From Myxococcales bacterium (lineage in GTDB: Bacteria > Myxococcota_A > UBA9042 > JABWCM01 > BTVJ01): DNA of 64,000 nt. Below the pieces are notes generated by a model. That model did not search any database. It saw nothing but the letters and a program-made list of their open reading frames with translations, and was not told the DNA's origin. Every line of letters begins with the position of its first letter. Position 1 is the first letter of the stretch. The stretch covers positions 133,186-197,185 of the forward strand of contig BTVJ01000006.1 in assembly GCA_045863395.1 (NCBI GenBank), written 5' to 3'. A program made the position numbers and the translations under genes. Of this stretch, positions 50,622-61,000 are shown in pieces.

Positions 50622-53600
50622 ATGAGACCGCTCTTCGTCTGGGCAGCAGCATCGATGATCGCCATGGCGGCCTGCGAGTCCACCGGGCCGGTGGTGGACG
50701 CGTCCATCGGCGGCTCCTCCGATAGCGGCAAGGGACCTGGTGACATCGCATCCGCCCCCAAGGACGCGGGCACCGACGCGCCGGGGCCGTTCGACTCGGG
50801 CGCGGACGTCGCGAAGCCACAGGACGGGAGCGGCGAACCGGTGGGATCGGACGACGCTGCGGGAGACACCGGCGTACCGCGCGACGCAGTGGGAGACAGC
50901 GGAGCACCCGGCGACGTCATCGTAGACGTCGGCGCACCGGACGACACCGGGGGAGGCAGCGGTGGACCGGGCGACGTGAGCGGAGACAGCGTGGCGCCAG
51001 ACGACACGGCCACCGGTGGGGACGCGACGGACGGGGGCCCCTGCGTACCCGACTGCACCGCGGCGGACTGCGGTCCGGACGGATGCGGTGGGTCGTGCGG
51101 GGCCTGCGACGACGGAGATCCCTGCACCACAGACCAGTGCGCCGGCGGAGCTTGCAGCCACCAGGCCGTAGGCTGCGACGACGGAGATCCCTGCACGACG
51201 GACCAGTGCGCCGGCGGGGCTTGCAGCCACCAGGTCGTGAGCTGCGACGACGGCGACCCCTGCACCGCAGACCAGTGCGCCGGCGGGGCCTGTGGTTTCC
51301 AGCCCGTGAGCTGCGACGACGGAGACCCCTGCACGATCGACTCGTGCAAGCCGGGAGCGGGGTGCGCCAGCGTCGCAGCGCCCGGTTGTCCGGCCTGCTC
51401 GGGTGCCGGGGACTGCGGGCCCGCGACCCAGTGCCAGGCGGGCTGGTGCGTTGCCTCCACTCCCAAGGTGGTCTCCGTGGACCCCGCGAGCGGGGCGCTG
51501 ATCGGACTGACCGCGAAAGTCTCCATCCGCTTCGATCTGCCCATGGACCCGTCCTCTCTGTCCGTTCAGGGGCCTGGGACGAGCGCTGCCTGGTCGAGCA
51601 CCCTCGTCGCCACGGACACGGTCACCCTGTCGCCTGCTGTCGCGTGGGGCGGCGGTCCCCTCGTGCTGACCATCAATGCCAAGTCCGTCGCCGGACAGGC
51701 CGCCCCCGCGCTGCTCCTCGCCTACACCGTGGACGCAGCGCCGCCGTCCGGCCGCTCGCTGCCCCGCAGCGGGTGGGCGGCAATGCCAGAGTCTGAGGTG
51801 TGGGTGCTGTTCGACGAGCCCATGGATCCTGGCTCTCTCGATCTGGGAGGTGACCTGGCCCCGCTCTCAGGGATCGTCGAGTGGCACTCCGTGGCCAGCG
51901 CGGGACACGACGCGCTCCGGATCGTCCCGAAACCTGGTTCGGAGGGGTCGGGCTCGCAGGGCGTGGCCGGGTGGACCCTCCCCGGCACGCTGACCATAGC
52001 GGCCGCGGATCTGGCCGGCAACCCGGCCTCGCCCCTCGTGGTGGAGCTCGTGCCGGTCCCGGGTGGTTGGCCGACCCTCGTCGCACCCATCCACGCCGTG
52101 AAGACTGCGGACAACGACGGCTCGCACGAGTCCCCGATCACGGCGTCCCAGGTCGGAGCGTGGGTCGCCTTCACCAACGAGACCTACGCTCCGGCGGGCA
52201 TACGCTTTGCGTTCGACCCCCACGAGGCTGGGAAGGACTGGTCTTTCGTCGAGAACACGCTGGTGAACTGGGCCAACGCAGGAGAGCCGGGGTGGCCGGA
52301 GCAGGAGGTGGCGGTGACCGCCGAGGCGGCCAAGCATCCCGGCAAGGTCACGGTGGTGTTCCGGTGGGGGGCGAGCCCTCCGATCTGGCCCGGTGCGTTC
52401 TCGGCTCCCTACTGGAACTTCGTCGTGATGTCCGGCTACGGGAACTCGTACGACTGCGGCGGCTTCGCGGAGAGGGCGCTGGGACACGAGCTGGGGCACC
52501 ATCTCGGGCTCGGTCACACCCACTCGAACGACTACGCCACGGTCGAGGAGGCAGAGGCCGCGTTCGTGGCCAACGGCATGGATGAGACCTTCTTCGATGG
52601 AGACTCCATGTGGCTCACGCTGCCCGACCCCTGGGTCAAGGCCGTCGCGTGCGACCCTACGGTCACGTCGCTCACCCTCGCGGGAGTGACCTTCAAGCTC
52701 CCGCGAAACAACGTGATGAGCTATTACACCAAGGGGGACCAGCTCGAGGCGGACCAGCGTGTGATCACGCGCCAGGTCCTCCTGCTTCGCCAGGCGAAGA
52801 GCCTGGCGTTGTTGTTGCCGGGCGAGTGGGCCGACCCCCTGGAGGCGGAGGCGCTCCCACACACGGCCGCCAATCCGGGCAGTACGGCTGTCCTGGGCAT
52901 GGGGCCCTACTTCGGGCGCTGGTCGGGCAACGAGGTGCTCCACTGGGAGGCCTCTGCCGGCGGATTCGCGTCTGGCGGAAGCTCCATCACCGTCACCTTC
53001 CCCGCCCCGGCGCCGGGCGTGCGCCGAGTGGTCGTGTCTCCCCTCAGGGAGCCGGACAGCGGGGTGTACAGCTTCTACGTCAACGGAGTCTATACGGGCG
53101 TCACGCTGGACAACTGGGCGCGTTGGGGGCGGACCATGGGGACGCCCCTGGACCTGGGTCAGCACCTGCTGTTTGCGGCGGGAAACACGCTGCAGGTCAA
53201 GTACGACAAGGCCTACGGTGTTCCAGCCTACTTCGGCATCGACTACATCCTCGTCAGCGGCGAGCCGGGAGACATCATGTGCGCCGACATCGCAGACTGC
53301 GCGACCGCCTGTCTCGGCACGGGCGATGCGGCGTGCATGTCCGCCTGCGGCAGCGACGCGCCCCCGCAGGCGGCGGCCGCGTTCGACGCCCTCTCCTCGT
53401 GCATCGTCGGCCTCTGTGGGCTCCTGCCCTCCCTCGGTTGTGCGGCTGGTGCGATCACAGACTCATGCGCGGCCCCCTACGCGAAGTGTCTCTCGTGCAC
53501 ACCAGACTGTTCGGGAGCCGTCTGCGGCGACGACGGCTGCTACGGGAGCTGCGGGAGCTGCGCGGCGGGCCAGTCGTGCCAGGCTGGAAAGTGCGTCAGC

Positions 53601-53831
53601 CCCAAGGCCTGTGGCCAGGTCCTCGACTGCGCGCTCAAGTGCACGCCCATCGGTGAGCCAAAGTGCACGGACTCCTGTCGAGCCAGCGGCTCGTCGGACG
53701 CCAAGACCGCGTTCGACAAGCTGACCGCGTGCCTTGTCTCCGCGTGCGGCGCCACGCCGACGCCTGCCTGCGTCCAGGGCGCGACAGGCGGTCCGTGTGC
53801 CTCGACCTATTCAGCTTGCGTGTCTCAGTAG
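50622..53831 (+). CDS. Large modular lipoprotein: Cys-rich repeats, Ig-like domains, metzincin Zn-protease, CBM-like domain, helical Cys repeats
   Basis: Lipobox MAAC; FDLPMDP and FDEPMDP (Ig-like); HELGHHLGLGH with NVMSY Met-turn; LEAE...GNTLQV..FGIDYI (CBM-like). Confidence 0.8.
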   Translation: MRPLFVWAAASMIAMAACESTGPVVDASIGGSSDSGKGPGDIASAPKDAGTDAPGPFDSGADVAKPQDGSGEPVGSDDAAGDTGVPRDAVGDSGAPGDVIVDVGAPDDTGGGSGGPGDVSGDSVAPDDTATGGDATDGGPCVPDCTAADCGPDGCGGSCGACDDGDPCTTDQCAGGACSHQAVGCDDGDPCTTDQCAGGACSHQVVSCDDGDPCTADQCAGGACGFQPVSCDDGDPCTIDSCKPGAGCASVAAPGCPACSGAGDCGPATQCQAGWCVASTPKVVSVDPASGALIGLTAKVSIRFDLPMDPSSLSVQGPGTSAAWSSTLVATDTVTLSPAVAWGGGPLVLTINAKSVAGQAAPALLLAYTVDAAPPSGRSLPRSGWAAMPESEVWVLFDEPMDPGSLDLGGDLAPLSGIVEWHSVASAGHDALRIVPKPGSEGSGSQGVAGWTLPGTLTIAAADLAGNPASPLVVELVPVPGGWPTLVAPIHAVKTADNDGSHESPITASQVGAWVAFTNETYAPAGIRFAFDPHEAGKDWSFVENTLVNWANAGEPGWPEQEVAVTAEAAKHPGKVTVVFRWGASPPIWPGAFSAPYWNFVVMSGYGNSYDCGGFAERALGHELGHHLGLGHTHSNDYATVEEAEAAFVANGMDETFFDGDSMWLTLPDPWVKAVACDPTVTSLTLAGVTFKLPRNNVMSYYTKGDQLEADQRVITRQVLLLRQAKSLALLLPGEWADPLEAEALPHTAANPGSTAVLGMGPYFGRWSGNEVLHWEASAGGFASGGSSITVTFPAPAPGVRRVVVSPLREPDSGVYSFYVNGVYTGVTLDNWARWGRTMGTPLDLGQHLLFAAGNTLQVKYDKAYGVPAYFGIDYILVSGEPGDIMCADIADCATACLGTGDAACMSACGSDAPPQAAAAFDALSSCIVGLCGLLPSLGCAAGAITDSCAAPYAKCLSCTPDCSGAVCGDDGCYGSCGSCAAGQSCQAGKCVSPKACGQVLDCALKCTPIGEPKCTDSCRASGSSDAKTAFDKLTACLVSACGATPTPACVQGATGGPCASTYSACVSQ
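51105..51347 (+). repeat. Tandem 69-bp (23-aa) repeat, CDDGDPCTxDQCAGGAC; three full units and one partial
   Basis: Units start at 51105, 51174, 51243 and 51312. Confidence 0.9.
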
Positions 53832-54561
53832 TGCCCCTCGGAGGCCTCTCCGGCGGGGGCGACCCGACGTCGAGCCCAGAGGGGTCTGGCGGCTGATGGC
53901 CCTGCGCATCGGTGTCCTGCCCCGGGAGTCAGCCCCTCGACGGTGAGTTTGACGTCCGTCACTGCCCCCCAGGCCGTGAACGCTGGTCGGAGACCTGGCT
54001 CCACGCAAGCACCTCACCGGGCACACCGGCGCCCACCTCCCGCGCCGGGGTCAGGCGCCGCAGCGCCCGGGCGCTCGTCAGTGCGTCCGAGCCGCACGTG
54101 AACGAGCCCTGCGGCGCGTGGGGTGGCACTCGCCTCGGGCCGATGCGCCAGGTCCTCCTCCGGGGGCAGCGGCGGTCGGACGCTTGAACCGATGCGCTCC
54201 CGGCACCGCTCCGGGCCCCCCGGTGAGAGGCGCCCACCGCGGTTGGCACGGGCACGGGCCGCTCGTGCACCGACGGCCCCCGGTGCTGCTCGTTGCCGCG
54301 CTGCGTCAGAGCCTCTTTACATTCAGCCCCATTTCCCGTATCTGCGCGTCCGTGTCCGGCCGAGGACCGGCTAGAGCGCCGCCCCCCTCGAGACCGGTGC
54401 GTGCCCTGCGCAACGCGGGGCGTAGGTCCATTCGCTCCTCCCCTTCCATGCGGACCGGAGAGCACGCCGCTCCAACGAGCGGAGGGCGGACGTGTGCGCC
54501 AGGTGGGCCCGGCACCATCGGGTGGCGCCCACGGGGGAGCGGGCATCACGACAGGGACACC

Positions 54562-57231
54562 ATGAAGCCAAGGACTCTCTCGTTGATCGCGGCGGCCGTC
54601 GCGGTGAACGTCGCCATCTGGTGGGGGCTCAACCGCCCCCGCGTCGTGCGCCCCTTCGAGGGCGACATCGCCGGCGTCTCCTATGCTCCCTACCGGGAGG
54701 GGCAGGAGCCGGGCAATGATCCGACGCTCGGGCAGATCGAAGAGGACATGGCGCTGCTCGCCGGCCGCGTCGGGGCGGTGCGGACCTACGGGTCGACCGG
54801 CGTCCTCGGGGAGATCCCGCGCATCGCCGCCCGCCACGGCCTGCGCGTGGCGGCGGGCGCCTGGGTGGGCTGGGACGCCGAGGCCAACGAGCGGGAGCTC
54901 GAGGGGCTCATCCGCCTCGCCTCTGCGCCCAACGTCGACCGGCTGCTGATCGGCAACGAGGCCGTCCTGCGCGAGGAGGCGAGCGTCGACCAGATCCGAG
55001 CCGCCATGCGGCGCGCCCGCGCGGAGACCGGCAAGCCGGTCAGCACCGCCGAGCCGTGGGACATCTGGCTCCAGAACCCCACGCTCGCCGAGGACGCGGA
55101 CTTCATCGCCGCCCACGTGCTCCCGTACTGGGAGCGCATCCCCGAGGAGCGAGCCCTCGAGCACGTCCTCGCACGCCACGCCGACCTGCGTCGTGCCTTC
55201 CCCGGCAAGCCCATCGTCCTGACGGAGGTCGGCTGGCCAAGCGAGGGCAAGGCCCAGCACGACGCCGACCCAGGGGTCGCGAACCAGGCCGCCTTCCTGC
55301 GCCGCTTCCTCTCTGTGGCTGCGTCACAGGGCCTCGACTACTACGTGATGGAGGCCTTCGACCAGCCCTGGAAGCGCAGCCTCGAGGGCGGCGTCGGCGC
55401 CTACTGGGGCATCTGGGACGCGGACCGCGAGCCCAAGTTCGAGTGGACCGGTGTGGTCCTCAATGTCGCCGACTGGCGCGAGCTCTGCCTGCTCTCGTCG
55501 CTGCTCGGCCTCGCGGTCATGCTCACGTTCGCCCGCCGCAACGGTCACCTCGAGCCCGCCGGCCTGTCCGTGATGCTCGGCGCCATCCAGCTCGGCGCCA
55601 CGCTCGTCACGTGGACGGGCCACATCGCGAGCCAGCACTACCTGACGCCGCTGATGACCGTGACCTGGTCGGCCCTGTTCCTGGCCCAGGCGCTCGTCAT
55701 CGCGCTGCTCCTCGTCGACACGTTCGAGATCTCGGAGCTCGTGTGGGCCCGGTCGCTGCGCCGGCAGTTCTTCCCTGTTCTGCGCTCGCACGCGGGGCAC
55801 CAGCCCAAGGTCAGCATCCACCTCGCCATCGCCAACGAGCCCTCCGAGATGGTGGCGATGACCCTCCGCAGCCTCGCCGAGCTCGACTACCCGGACTACG
55901 AGGTCATCGTCGTCGACAACAACACCAAGGATGAGGCGGTGTGGCGCCCGGTGCAGTCCCTGTGCGCCCAGCTCGGGTCCCGCTTCACGTTCGTGCACAT
56001 CCCGCACTGCCCCGGCTTCAAGGCGGAGGCGCTGAACCGGGCCCTGTCGCTGACCCACCCGGACGCCCGGGTCGTCGGTGTGGTCGACAGCGACTACGTG
56101 CTCCGCCGCGATTGGCTCTCGGCGCTCGTGCCGCACTTCGCGCGCGACGAGATCGCGCTCGTGCAGGCGCCGCAGGACCACCGCGCCTGGGAGGGCGACT
56201 CCTTCAAGGAGATGACCAACTGGGAGTATGCCGGCTTCTTCCACATCGGCATGGTGCACCGCAACGAGCGCGACGCGATCATCCAGCACGGCACCATGTG
56301 CCTCGTCCGGCGGTCGGCTCTGGAGCAGGTCGGCGGCTGGGCCGAGTGGTGCATCTGCGAGGACGCCGAGCTCGGCCTGCGCCTGCTCGAGGCCGGCTAC
56401 AGCAGCGCGTATGTCGAGGAGTCCTTTGGCCACGGCCTGACGCCCGACACGTTCACCGCCTACAAGAAGCAGCGCTACCGGTGGGCCTTCGGGGCCTTCC
56501 AGATCCTGCGCCGCTATGGCTGGGCGCTGCTCACCGGGCGGGGGACGCGGCTCGGCATGGCGCAGCGCTACCACTTCATCGCCGGCTGGCTCCCGTGGCT
56601 CGCCGAGGGGCTGTCGGTGCTCTTCACCGCCGGCGCGCTGCTCTGGACGGCCGGCATGGTCCTCTGGCCGCACCTGTTCGAGCTGCCGCCGCTGGTGTTC
56701 GTGGTGCCGTCGCTCGGGCTGTTCACGTTCAAGGTGGTGCAGGCGCTGCTGCTCTACGGGACGCGCGTCCGCTGCTCCTGGCGCCAGCGGCTCGGCGCGG
56801 CTCTGGCGGGCCTGTCGCTCACGCACGCCGTGGGCCGGGCGGTGCTTCGGTCGTTGGCTGGGCGCCGCCTCGCGTTCTTCCGGACTCCGAAGCTCGAGGG
56901 GCGACCGGCGGCGCTCGCGGGCTTCCTGATGGCGCGCGGTGAGCTCGCGCTGATGCTGCTGCTGTGGCTCGGCGCGACCGTGAGCCTTGCGCGACTCGGC
57001 ACGAGCCTGTCCGAGGGCGGCCTCTGGGCGATGGTCCTGTTGGCGTGGTCGACTCCCTACGCCGCGGCGGTCGCCGTCTCGCTGGTGAACGCCGGCGCCG
57101 GCGACCGGAGCGACGGGCCGCGGCCGAGCGTGCGCCCCGCCATCCGGCGCACCCTCGCGCGGCTGGGTGCGCGAGCCGGCCGCATCGTGAGCTGGGGTGT
57201 GGGTGCCGGGCGCGGTGTGAGGCCCCGGTAG
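54562..57231 (+). CDS. ndvB: GH17-GT2 fusion, NdvB-like beta-(1,3)-glucan synthase
   Basis: GVSYAPY, VRTYG, IGNE, VSTAEPW, HVLPYWE, TEVGWPS, EAFDQPWK..EG.VGAYWG; GT2 motifs VDNNT, FKAEALN, VDSDY, CEDAELG, KQRYRW. Confidence 0.82.
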   Translation: MKPRTLSLIAAAVAVNVAIWWGLNRPRVVRPFEGDIAGVSYAPYREGQEPGNDPTLGQIEEDMALLAGRVGAVRTYGSTGVLGEIPRIAARHGLRVAAGAWVGWDAEANERELEGLIRLASAPNVDRLLIGNEAVLREEASVDQIRAAMRRARAETGKPVSTAEPWDIWLQNPTLAEDADFIAAHVLPYWERIPEERALEHVLARHADLRRAFPGKPIVLTEVGWPSEGKAQHDADPGVANQAAFLRRFLSVAASQGLDYYVMEAFDQPWKRSLEGGVGAYWGIWDADREPKFEWTGVVLNVADWRELCLLSSLLGLAVMLTFARRNGHLEPAGLSVMLGAIQLGATLVTWTGHIASQHYLTPLMTVTWSALFLAQALVIALLLVDTFEISELVWARSLRRQFFPVLRSHAGHQPKVSIHLAIANEPSEMVAMTLRSLAELDYPDYEVIVVDNNTKDEAVWRPVQSLCAQLGSRFTFVHIPHCPGFKAEALNRALSLTHPDARVVGVVDSDYVLRRDWLSALVPHFARDEIALVQAPQDHRAWEGDSFKEMTNWEYAGFFHIGMVHRNERDAIIQHGTMCLVRRSALEQVGGWAEWCICEDAELGLRLLEAGYSSAYVEESFGHGLTPDTFTAYKKQRYRWAFGAFQILRRYGWALLTGRGTRLGMAQRYHFIAGWLPWLAEGLSVLFTAGALLWTAGMVLWPHLFELPPLVFVVPSLGLFTFKVVQALLLYGTRVRCSWRQRLGAALAGLSLTHAVGRAVLRSLAGRRLAFFRTPKLEGRPAALAGFLMARGELALMLLLWLGATVSLARLGTSLSEGGLWAMVLLAWSTPYAAAVAVSLVNAGAGDRSDGPRPSVRPAIRRTLARLGARAGRIVSWGVGAGRGVRPR

Positions 57232-57271
57232 CTGCCGGGGGTGGCGGTTCAGGCGACGTCCATCGACACAG

Positions 57272-58081
57272 TCACCGCGGCAGCGAGAAGCTCGCGACGT
57301 GCACGGTCTCGCCCGTCTTCTCCAGGACGCCGCGGTAGACCAGGCGCTCCTCCCGGTCCGTGCCCTCGTAGAGGATGACGTCGACGCGGACGAAGGTCTG
57401 CGGCTGGCCGTTGTCGCTGTAATACTTGGCGCGCACCTGGTAGGCGCCGTCGACGGCGTTGGCGAGGGTGAAGGTCTCCGGGCCGTAGCCGCCGGTCACG
57501 TCCTGGTCCAGGGTCGCGCCGGTGCCCGTCTGGCGGTTGCCGTAATAGGTCTCCGCGCCCGTCGGGTCGACGACGTGCAGGTCCACGTCCGTGCTGTCCG
57601 TGTCCCAGGTGAGGACGATGGTCATGTCCTTCGGGGGCACCTGGTTGTAGACGCTGACCGCCGCCGTCCCGACCCCGCTCTCGTTCCGGGCCACCACCTG
57701 GATGGTGTTCAGGCCGGGGCCGAGCACGACGGGAGTGCTGAACGAGCCGCCGCTCAACGTCAGGCCCTTGGGCGCCCCGTTCAGGACCAGCGTGGCGCGG
57801 CGCAGCGTCGTGTCGGCCACGGTCCCGGTCACGGTCACGATGCGCTCCGACGACCAGCCGCCGCTCGGGGAGGTCAGCACCACCGCGGGACCCTCGCCGG
57901 CGACCGGCAGGGCCTCCACCGGCGGGACGACCGGGGCCGCGACGTCCGCCGGGGCGCCCGGGGTCGTGGCTACGTCGCCCTGAGTCGGTGCGGGCGTCGT
58001 GGGCGTCGCGGGGCCGGCTGGGGCGGTCGAGCCGCCGCAGGCGACGAGCAGGCAGAGCGTTGCGAGCATGGTCCCTCTCAT
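57272..58081 (-). CDS. DUF2135 (YfaP-like) lipoprotein
   Basis: Lipobox LVAC; LTWDTDSTDVDLHVVDPTG, LDQDVTGGYGPETF; ATGA-coupled to the A2M gene. Confidence 0.85.
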   Translation of the reverse strand: MRGTMLATLCLLVACGGSTAPAGPATPTTPAPTQGDVATTPGAPADVAAPVVPPVEALPVAGEGPAVVLTSPSGGWSSERIVTVTGTVADTTLRRATLVLNGAPKGLTLSGGSFSTPVVLGPGLNTIQVVARNESGVGTAAVSVYNQVPPKDMTIVLTWDTDSTDVDLHVVDPTGAETYYGNRQTGTGATLDQDVTGGYGPETFTLANAVDGAYQVRAKYYSDNGQPQTFVRVDVILYEGTDREERLVYRGVLEKTGETVHVASFSLPR

Positions 58082-61000
58082 GGCTGCACCTCGAGGCGCA
58101 GCGAGCCGGTGCGCCCGGCGACGGCCGGGCGGTACATCAGGGCCGCCGAGGCGGGCAGGGCGTGGATCTGACCCGGCAGCTCGGGGCGGAGCAGGTAGGT
58201 CACCGTCTGTGCTCCGGCGAGGCGCCCGAAGAAGAAGGCCGTCCGGTCGGCGCGGCGCTCCACGTGGTCCGCTACGGGGACGAGGCTGCGCCCGGCGACG
58301 GGGTAGTCCCGCTCGTCGCGCACCCGGCGGAAGCCCGATGGCAGGGGGTCCTCCACCAGCACGTACCGCTGCTCCTCGTCGGGGGTCACGGTGACCTCCA
58401 CCAGTATCACGTCGCCTTCGGACACGGACCCGCCGAGGGGCTCGACGCGCCACGCGCCGCCCTGGGGTGCCGTCAGGCGTGACCACGACCGAGACACCGT
58501 CAGGCCCGACGACGCCGCCTCGATGGCCTCGCCCCCCTCGAGCCACGTCAGCGACGCCTCGCCCACGAGCAAGCCTCGCCCGCTCTTCTCCGCGCCGATG
58601 ACCACCTCGCCGGCCTTGAGGTCGCCCGCCTCCACGACCACGTCCTGCGCAGCCATGTCCGCCGGGTCGATCACGAGCTCCGGTCTCGCCTTGCCGCCGA
58701 TGGACACCGTGACCCGCGCCTTCTCCAGGGCCGGCGCCCCCGCGGCGAGCAGGTCCGTCAGCGCGAGGACCGCCGCCGCCGTGTCGCGCGTCGACGCCCA
58801 CCGCTCGCCGGTCCGCGCCGCAAGGAGGGCGGCCATGGCGGGGACCACATCCGCATGTTGCGGATCCACGGCGAGCAGCGCCCGCAGCGCCCACGCCGTG
58901 GTCTCCACCTCGTCCCCCGCGAAGGGCCCGCCGCCTGCCCAGGCTGCGAGGCCACCCCGTCGCAGCGCCACCGCCGCAAGGTCCTTCGCTGCCGTGCGCG
59001 CCTCCTCCAGCCGCCCGAGCCGCGCCAGCGTCAGGATCATCTGGGCCTGGGTGAAGGGGTCCGCCTTGGCCCGGTCGATGGTGTCGAAGAGCTGGAGCGC
59101 CTGGTCGCGCCGCGCCTCGGCCCCCGCGTCGGAGGCCGCGAGCACCAGCGCGTGCAGCGTGAAGGTGCGCACCTCGTAGGGCAGGTCACGGTCGGCGGGC
59201 ACCCCGGCCAGGGCCGCCACGCCCCGCGCGAGCGCCTCGGGGGGCACCGAGGCGCCCAGCTCTCGCGCCAGGGCGAGCCCATAGAGGGCGTAGGCGCTCA
59301 TCAGCGCGTCCCGCTCCCCCCCGAACCAGCCCCACGCGCCGTCCTCGCCCTGCAGCGCCAGGAGGCGCCCCACTCCGGCGGCCACCATGGCGTCCGCGTC
59401 CGGAGGGAGGCCATCACCGGCACCCAGGCGCGACAGCACGCCGCGCGCCGCCAGCAGCGGCACGAAGCGGCTCATGGTCTGCTCGACGCACCCATACGGA
59501 TACTCGGCCAGGTAGGGGAGGGCGCTCCGAATGGCGGCGACGGGCCCCGACGCGAGGCGCACCGTCGCCTTCGCCGTCCCCGGTCGCGCCGTGGCTGGCA
59601 ACGCCAGGGTCACGCGCGCGTCTGCGCCGTCTCCGGCCAGCTCCAGTGGCTGGCGCACGGCCCCGGGCGCGCCCCAGGGGCGCACCGCGGTCTTCACCTT
59701 CAGCGCGTCTCGCAGTGACCCTGCTGTGGCCGTCGCGGTCAGGACGACCTCGCTTGGGCCTCGCACGACAGTGGGCCACGACACCCCCACCGCGTCCTGA
59801 GCGGGCACGCTCACCGTGCGCTCGGCCCCCTCCACGTCGGCCCCCTCGGCGGCCAGCGACACCTGCACCTCCAGGTCCGTGTCCGTCAGGTTCTGCACCA
59901 CCGCGCGCACCGCGAGGGCGTCTCGCTCGGTCAGGGCGCCCGGCGGATCGAGCCGCACGAGCAGGTCCTGGCGCGTGCGGGTCGTCGCCGCCGTCTGTCC
60001 GACCCGCGTGTCGTCCGTGACGGCCTCGGCGGCGATGTGCCAGGTGGTCAGGTCATCCGAGAAGGTCACGTCCACCGTCGCCATGCCGTCGTCACCGGTG
60101 ACGACGTGGGGGCGCCAGAGCAGCGTGGTGACCAGGTCCTCCCGGGTGGTCTCCTCGGCGGCGGGCTTGCCATCCTTGCCTCCCTTGGCCTTCTTCTTCT
60201 CCTCCTTGGCCTCGGGCTCCGCCATGGCGGCCTCGTCCTCCATGCGCGCGGCCCCGGCGGGCGCTGCGGCCGCCGACGGCGCCATCTCGGCCATCTTCTT
60301 GTCCGCCATCACGGGCTTGGCCGGAGGTCGCGCGAGCCGCTTGCTCCGCACCCCGAACCCGTGGAAGGACGTGGCGGCGCTGGTGTCCGTGCCGACCCCG
60401 TTGCGGAGCCGCGGCACGAAGTAGGGGAGCAGGTCCGGCGCGAGCTTGGGAGAGAGCGCAAACAGGGCCTGGTCCACGACCGCCACGGACACCTCTGCCG
60501 CCACTGGCTTCCCTGCGGCGTCCCTCGTGGTCACCGTCAGGCGCCCCGGCTCCCGCGCCTTGTAGACGTCCTTGTCCGGGCGCACCTCCACGCTCAGCCG
60601 CCGGTGGGCCGGCACGACGACGAGCTGGCGTGTCGCCACGCGGACCTTGCCGTCCCGCACCGCCGCCACCGCCAGGAACACGTTGGGCGCGTGGGCCTCT
60701 GCGAGGGGCACCTCGATCCACGCGGCGTTGCCCACAGCCTTGACGACCCGGTGTCCGAGCAGGCGCCCGCCCTCCTCGGTGAACAGGAGCGTCGCGTCCG
60801 GGTCGGGGCTCACGACCATGACCCGCGCCGTCTGGCCCGGCTCGTAGTCCCGCTTGTCCGGCAGGACGAGCAGGCCCCCGGCCTTCAGCGTCAGCGCCTC
60901 GCTGCCAACGGACGACCAGACCGTGGAGACGGCCGTGATGCGGTTCCCCCGGTCGTCCTCGGCCTCCGCCACGATCTGGACCTGCCCGCCCGCGCCCGGC

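Noticed and set aside
54243..54260. Sigma-54 promoter (TTGGCACG) upstream of ndvB; similar TGGCGC near 29610
   Set aside because: No correctly spaced -12 TTGC element
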